A stretch of DNA of 64,000 nucleotides, from assembly GCF_009914755.1 (NCBI RefSeq), contig NC_060928.1; one strand, 5' to 3'. The DNA comes from the human T2T-CHM13v2.0 reference genome, Homo sapiens. Of this stretch, positions 54,710 through 64,000 are shown piece by piece (position 1 is the stretch's first letter; each line of letters starts with the position of its first letter). The notes beneath the pieces are model-generated. The model had not been told where the DNA came from and ran no database searches. It saw only the letters and a list, made by a program, of their open reading frames with translations. Position numbers and translations under genes: made by a program.

Positions 54710-55306
54710 CTTTGTGGTTTTATCTACTTTTGGTCTTTGATGATGGTGATGTACAGATGGGTTTTTAGTGTGGATGTCCTTTCTGTTCGTTAGTTTTCCT
54801 TCTAACAGACAGGACCCTTAGCTGCACGTCTGTTGGAGTTTCCTAGAGGTCCACTCCAGACCCTGTTTGCCTGGGTATCCACAGCGGTGTTTGCAGAACA
54901 GCGGTTTTTCATGAACTGCGAATGCTGCTGTCTGATCGTTCCTCTGGAAGTTTCGTCTCAGAGGAGTACCCGGCTGTGTGAAGTGTCAGTCTGCCCACTA
55001 CAAGCCAGAAGAGAGTGGGGGCCAATATTCAGCATTCTTAAAGAAAAGAATTTTCAACCCAGAATTTCATATCCAGCCAAACTAAGCTTCAAAAGTGAAG
55101 GAGAAATAAAATACTTTACAGACAAGCAAATGCTGAGCGATTTTGTCACCACCAGGCCTGCCCTAAAAGAGCTCCTGAAGGAAGCACTAAACATGCAAAG
55201 GAACAATCGGTACCAGCCACTGCAAAATCATGCCAAAATGTAAAGACCATCGAGACTAGGAAGAAACTGCATCAACTAACGAGCAAAATAACCAGCTAAC
55301 TTCATA

Positions 55307-59120
<3,814 letters not shown>

Positions 59121-59341
59121 TGGGAATTGAACAATGAGAACACAGGGACACAGGAAGGGGAACATCACACTCTGGGGACTGTTGTGGGGTGCTGGGGAGG
59201 GGAGGGATAGCATTGGGAGATATACCTAATGCTAGATGACGAGTTAGTGGGTGCAGTGCACTAGCATGGCACATGTATACATATGTAACTAACCTGCACA
59301 TTGTGCACATGTACCCTAAAACTTAAAGTATAATAAAAAAA

Positions 59342-59920
59342 AAGAAATATCTATTCAAGTATATTGCTCATTTTTAAATCAACTTGTTTTCTATTGAGTT
59401 ATCTGAGTTCCTTTTATAATAGGTTGGTGCAAAAATAACATTTTTGTATGTTAACCCCTTATCAGTTATATAGTTTGCAAATATATTCTCCCATTTTGTG
59501 GGCTGTCTATTCAGTCTGTTAATTGTTTCCTTGCTGTACAGAAGCTTATAGTTTGATATCATCCCATCTGTCTATTCTTGCTTTGTTGCCCATGCTTTTG
59601 AGGTCTTATTCAAAACAATTCTTGCCTATAGCAACATTATGGAAGTTTTCCCCTATGATTTTTTTTCTAGTAGTTTCATAGTTTCTGGTCTTACATTTCA
59701 GTCTTTATCCCATTTAAGTTTATTTTTGTATATATTGAGAGATGAGCATCTAATTTTATTATTCTGCATGTGGATATCCAGTTTTCCCAACACCATTTAA
59801 TGAAGCAACTGTCCTTTTCCCATTGTGTGTTCTTGGCACCATTGTCAAAAATCAGTTGGCTGTATATGTGTGAATTTATTTCTGGGCTCTCTATTCTAGT
59901 CCATTGGTCTGTGTTTCTAC
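59342..59920 (-). mobile_element. Continuation of the older host L1
   Basis: ORFs 59374-59562 ([21 protein letters not shown]) and 59691-59939 (DQWTRIESPEIN...KWCWENWISTC). Confidence 0.9.
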
Positions 59921-60697
59921 TGAAGCATAATATACCCACCTTAAAAGGTATCCATTTTTAACTCTACAAGTCAATGGTTTTAAATAAACTTCCACCACAA
60001 TCCAAATTCAATCCAATTTCTCTGTTATCACAAATGATTCTTAGTGCCTATTGGCATGAAACTCCATCCCCCACCCGCAGGTCCAGGCAGCCAATCATCT
60101 ACTTTCTATCTCTGTAGATATGCCCTTCCTGAATATCCCATGTCAATTACGTCATTCAACATGTGGTCTTTTGGAGCTGTCTTCTTTCACATAGCATAAC
60201 TTTCTGAGACTCCTCATTGTTGACTCTTCTACTAATTCACAGCAAAAACTTACAGTATCTATTATATGTTCACAGAAATCCTTTCTAATGTTAACTCTTG
60301 GTTCAAGGTTATTTTTTTGAATCCAGGAAACTATTAAGTGAGATCACTGTTATGTAAATTCATGATTCACACAAATCATTTTTTAATTAAATAGTCTACA
60401 AACATACAAAAGCCTTTGTTAATATTTCTGGGTTAAACAGAAAAATGTATGAGTTTCTATGTCTAGGAAAATATATCAATATATTTTTAAAGAATATTGT
60501 ATTGTCATAATACATATATTTATTTTAATCAAGTATTCTCACTCACTCCCTTGAGCTGACTGCTATATTACTAATTTGCCATTCCTATAGGCACTCAAAG
60601 TCCGTAACTACCACAGATTAAACAGGGCTCTATGCATTTCAGCACATGTCAGTAGCTCATCAGCATAGTTTTGAATATTTCCTAAAATATAGAAATA

Positions 60698-60985
60698 CAA
60701 ATTATAATATAAATATTATATTATATTTAATTATATTATATTATTAAATTAGTTATATTATTAAATTATATTATATTATTAAATTTAATATTATTAAATT
60801 ATATTATATTATTAAATTTAATATAATTAAATTATATTAAATTTAATATAATCAAATTAGATTAAATTTAATATAATTTAATTATATTAAATTTAATTAT
60901 AATATAAATTATAATATATAGAGAAATATAAATTATTAATAAAGTTTTCTTTTACAAATATATAATTTATAACTATATTTATTTC
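60698..60985. repeat. AT-rich minisatellite-like low-complexity tract
   Basis: Recurring TATTAAATTTAATATA / TTATATTATTAAA units. Confidence 0.9.
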
Positions 60986-61385
60986 TTTCTTGCTCTAATC
61001 CAACTTGTATGTCCCTTGATACATTGTTTCTTCAGCCCTTTCAAGCAATGACTTTTATTTTTCCCTCTTAGGTGACTCACATCATGAGCTGAGGAGCAGG
61101 ATAGATGTCCCTATCTCTCTTCTGTCACTTTTCCTGGAAAGCGTTCATTTTTGAATCTCACATCATCAAATTTCACCATCCTTCCTCTTTACAGTCCTCT
61201 ATAGACCCCATACTGTCATTATTCTTCAATGGCTTTTGTTCCTGGTACATTGTCACTAACTCCAACAGTTCTTGGTGAGTTCAGTATCCATATAGAAGAT
61301 ACTTTCATTACTTTTGATAACCATGATCTTTTCCTCCACCCAAATTCAGCCACTCACTTCTATGGTTATACATTAGTTCAGGTTA

Positions 61386-61930
61386 CATTAGTCCCTCATT
61401 ATTTTGAGGGTTATGTGCCAAGCCCCCCAGTAGATGCCTGAAACCATGAATAATATTAAACCACACACATACACACACACACACACACAATTCTTTTCCT
61501 ATAGATCCATATATGTGATAAAATTTGATGTATGAGTTAGGCACAGTAAGAGATAAACAACAATAATTAAAATGGAGCAATTATAGCAATATGCCAGCAA
61601 CACTGTGCTTGCACTTTGGGGCCACTATGAAGTAAAATAAGGGTTACTTGAACACACCCACTGTAATACCTCAGCAGTAGATCCAATAACCAAACCAGCT
61701 ACTAATTGACAAATGGGTAAGTAGCACATACAGTGCAAGAACTCTGGACAAAGGGAGCATTCACAGAGCAAGAAGGTATGAGACTTCATCACACTACCCA
61801 GAGCAGCAAGCCAGTTAACACTTATAAATTGTTTATTTCTGAAATTTTCCATTTAATATTTTTGGAATGCAGTTGAAAATGGGTAACTGAAACCACAGAA
61901 AGCAGAACCATAGGTAAGGGGAGAGTACCG
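61386..61930. mobile_element. MER44-like TcMar-Tigger DNA transposon
   Basis: TA|CATTAGTCCCTCATTAT ... GTAAGGGGAGAGTACCG|TA: degenerate TIRs with TA target duplications. Confidence 0.85.
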
Positions 61931-62221
61931 TATTACCAAAAACTGTAGAATCTCCATATTCTCACATCTAAGCCCACTCCCTCTCATACCCAACGCCCTC
62001 AATTCTTCCACTTCACCAGAATCTTCTCAGTCTCCCTCACCATGCTAAGTTGAGAACCCTTCTCAACTTACCCAGTTTAGAATCCGTAAGTTATTACTAA
62101 ACTCACTCTCCTGCAAACATTCTCATCCTCCTTGCCTCTCGCTTACTTCATCATACACAGTGAGCAGCATCCCAACTCTTCCCTTGCACTCTTGCAGTTG
62201 TACATGTTTAAAAGAAAACAC

Positions 62222-62525
62222 GGCCAGGCATGGTGGCTTACACCTGTAATCTGAACAACTGGGGAGGCAGAGACAAGCAGATCCCTTGAGTCCAGGATTT
62301 CGAGACCAGCCTGGCCAACATGGTGAAACTCTGTCTCTACGAAAAATACAAAAAGTTAGCTAGGCAAGGTGGCAGGTGCCTGTAGTCCCAGCTACTGGGA
62401 GGCTGAGGTGGGAGGATCACTTGAGCCTAGGAGGCAGAAGTGGCAGTGAGCCAAGATCAGCACTGCACTCCCGCATGGGTGACAGAGCCACATCCTATGT
62501 CAAAAGAGAGAATAATAAATGCAAA
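62222..62525 (+). mobile_element. AluJ (Jb-like)
   Basis: GGAGGATCACTTGAGCCTAGGAGG; diverged dimer. Confidence 0.9.
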
Positions 62526-62874
62526 AACAAATCCCCCACATGATGTGAATATTTTGTCTCACTTTAAACTAATAACTAGTAAATTCAAGTGGGCCCTGAA
62601 CTCATGCATTATTTTCCTGCAACACTGACTCTTCACTCTCTCAAAGTACACTTCCCTTTAGTAATAATACATCAGCCTGAACTCCTGACTTCCTCATTCC
62701 CTAAATGGGTCTCTCCTTCATTCTTCTCCATCTCACTTATTTGCAACTCCATCATTCTAGTTGCTCAAGCAAAACTCCTGGAGCCATCTTTGACTCCTCT
62801 TTATTTTCACAGTCTAAGGCAGAAGTGGTGGCTCTTTCTTCAAAATATCTTGTGTATGCATCACTTACTATAAG

Positions 62875-63271
62875 CTGTGACTAAGCCCTTGGGAGCCCAC
62901 TTCTGGCATCAGTGTGCATTGGATGTTGGACATGGAATCAAAGGAGATTATTTTGAAGCTTTAAGGTTTAATGACTAACCTGCGGTGTTTTGGACTTGCA
63001 TGGGGCCTACAGTCTCTCTTTTTTGGCCAATTTCTCCTTTTTGGAATGGGAGTATTTATCCAATGTCTATGCCCTCATTGTATCTTGGAAGTAACCAATT
63101 TGTGTTTTATTTTACAGGCTCATAGGTGGAAGAGATTAGCTTTACTCAGATGAGACTTTGGAATTTGAGTTAATGCTGGAACAGGTGAAGAATTGGGGGG
63201 TTACTGGGAAGGCACAATTGTATTTAGAAATGTGAGAAGGACATGAGATTTGGGAGAGGCCAGAGGCAGAA
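62875..63271 (+). mobile_element. MaLR (MST/THE1-type) internal region, 3' end only
   Basis: CATGGAATCAAAGGAGATTATTTTG...CTCAGATGAGACTTTGG...TTTGGGAGAGGCCAGAGGCAGAA (PPT) abutting the LTR. Confidence 0.88.
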
Positions 63272-63688
63272 TGATATAGTTTGGATGCATGTCCCTGCCA
63301 AAATCTCATATTGAGATGTAATCCCCTATGCTAGGGGGAGAGCCTGGTGGGAGTTGATTGGACCATGGGGGTGGATTTCTCATGAATGGTTTAACACCAT
63401 CCGCCTTGATGCTGTCTTCACAATAGTGAGTGTGCTCTCTTGAGGTATGGCTGTTTAAAAGTGTATGCATCTTCCAGCTTTGCTCTCTTGATCCTGCTTT
63501 CTCCGTGTGATGAGCCTGCTCCCCCTCTGCTTTCTGCCATGATTTGAAGCTTCCTGAGGCCTCCCCAGAAGCAGACCCCACTGTGCTTCCCTTACAGTCT
63601 GCAGAACTGTGAGCCAATTAACCTTTTTTTCTTATAATTAAGCAGTCTCATGCATTTCTTTGTAGCAACGTGAGAACAAACTAATACA
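63272..63688 (+). mobile_element. MSTA-like MaLR 3' LTR
   Basis: TGATATAGTTTGGATG...GAGGCCTCCCCAGAAGCAGA...GCCAATTAA...CTAATACA. Confidence 0.92.
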
Positions 63689-64000
63689 CCTCCTTTGCCA
63701 CCAATCTGGACTAAGCCATTGTCATCTCTCATCTGTTATTGCAACAGCTTCCTCACAGGTCTCCCTGACTCAAATCTTGTCCTTGACCCCTCAGTATTTT
63801 CTCAGAAAAAGCAACTAGAGTGATCCTTTTCTCCTATTACCTTAACTACATAGTAAAATATACAGAAGGTGATAAAGTTATATGGAGAATAATCAGGGTA
63901 CAGGAAAATATATATCACATACAAGGAAGGGTTGAAACTTCAGGTGATTATGAAAGTCCAAATTGAGAATGCAATATTTAAGTTGAAATTTCTTTATTTT

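Overview
AT-rich, repeat-dense primate (human-like) genomic DNA, not prokaryotic. One host coding exon is recognisable and the ORF track misses it: a 124-bp minus-strand exon (17864-17987) encoding (R)MKEAGVDHRQWRGPILSTCKQCPVVYPSPVCGSDGHTYSFQ, the start of the Kazal-like domain of SPOCK3/testican-3. The rest therefore appears to be SPOCK3 intron. Other content: a decayed LTR40-type class III provirus with pro/pol/env remnants (2483-7352), a young L1PA3-like LINE-1 with a twin-priming 5' inversion and a 17-bp TSD nested in an older L1 (53918-59358), about 12 Alus/FLAM, MaLR/ERV LTRs, DNA transposon fossils, a 5S rRNA pseudogene and microsatellites. The least expected structures are three local copying events: a ~100-bp-arm fold-back palindrome inside an LTR (45955-46163) and two short segments copied from 1.5 and 2.8 kb upstream (22681-22863, 42664-42764). 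I found no evidence of a new multi-gene system. Repeat subfamily names come from recalled consensus sequences and need a RepeatMasker/Dfam check; boundaries of old repeats are approximate.
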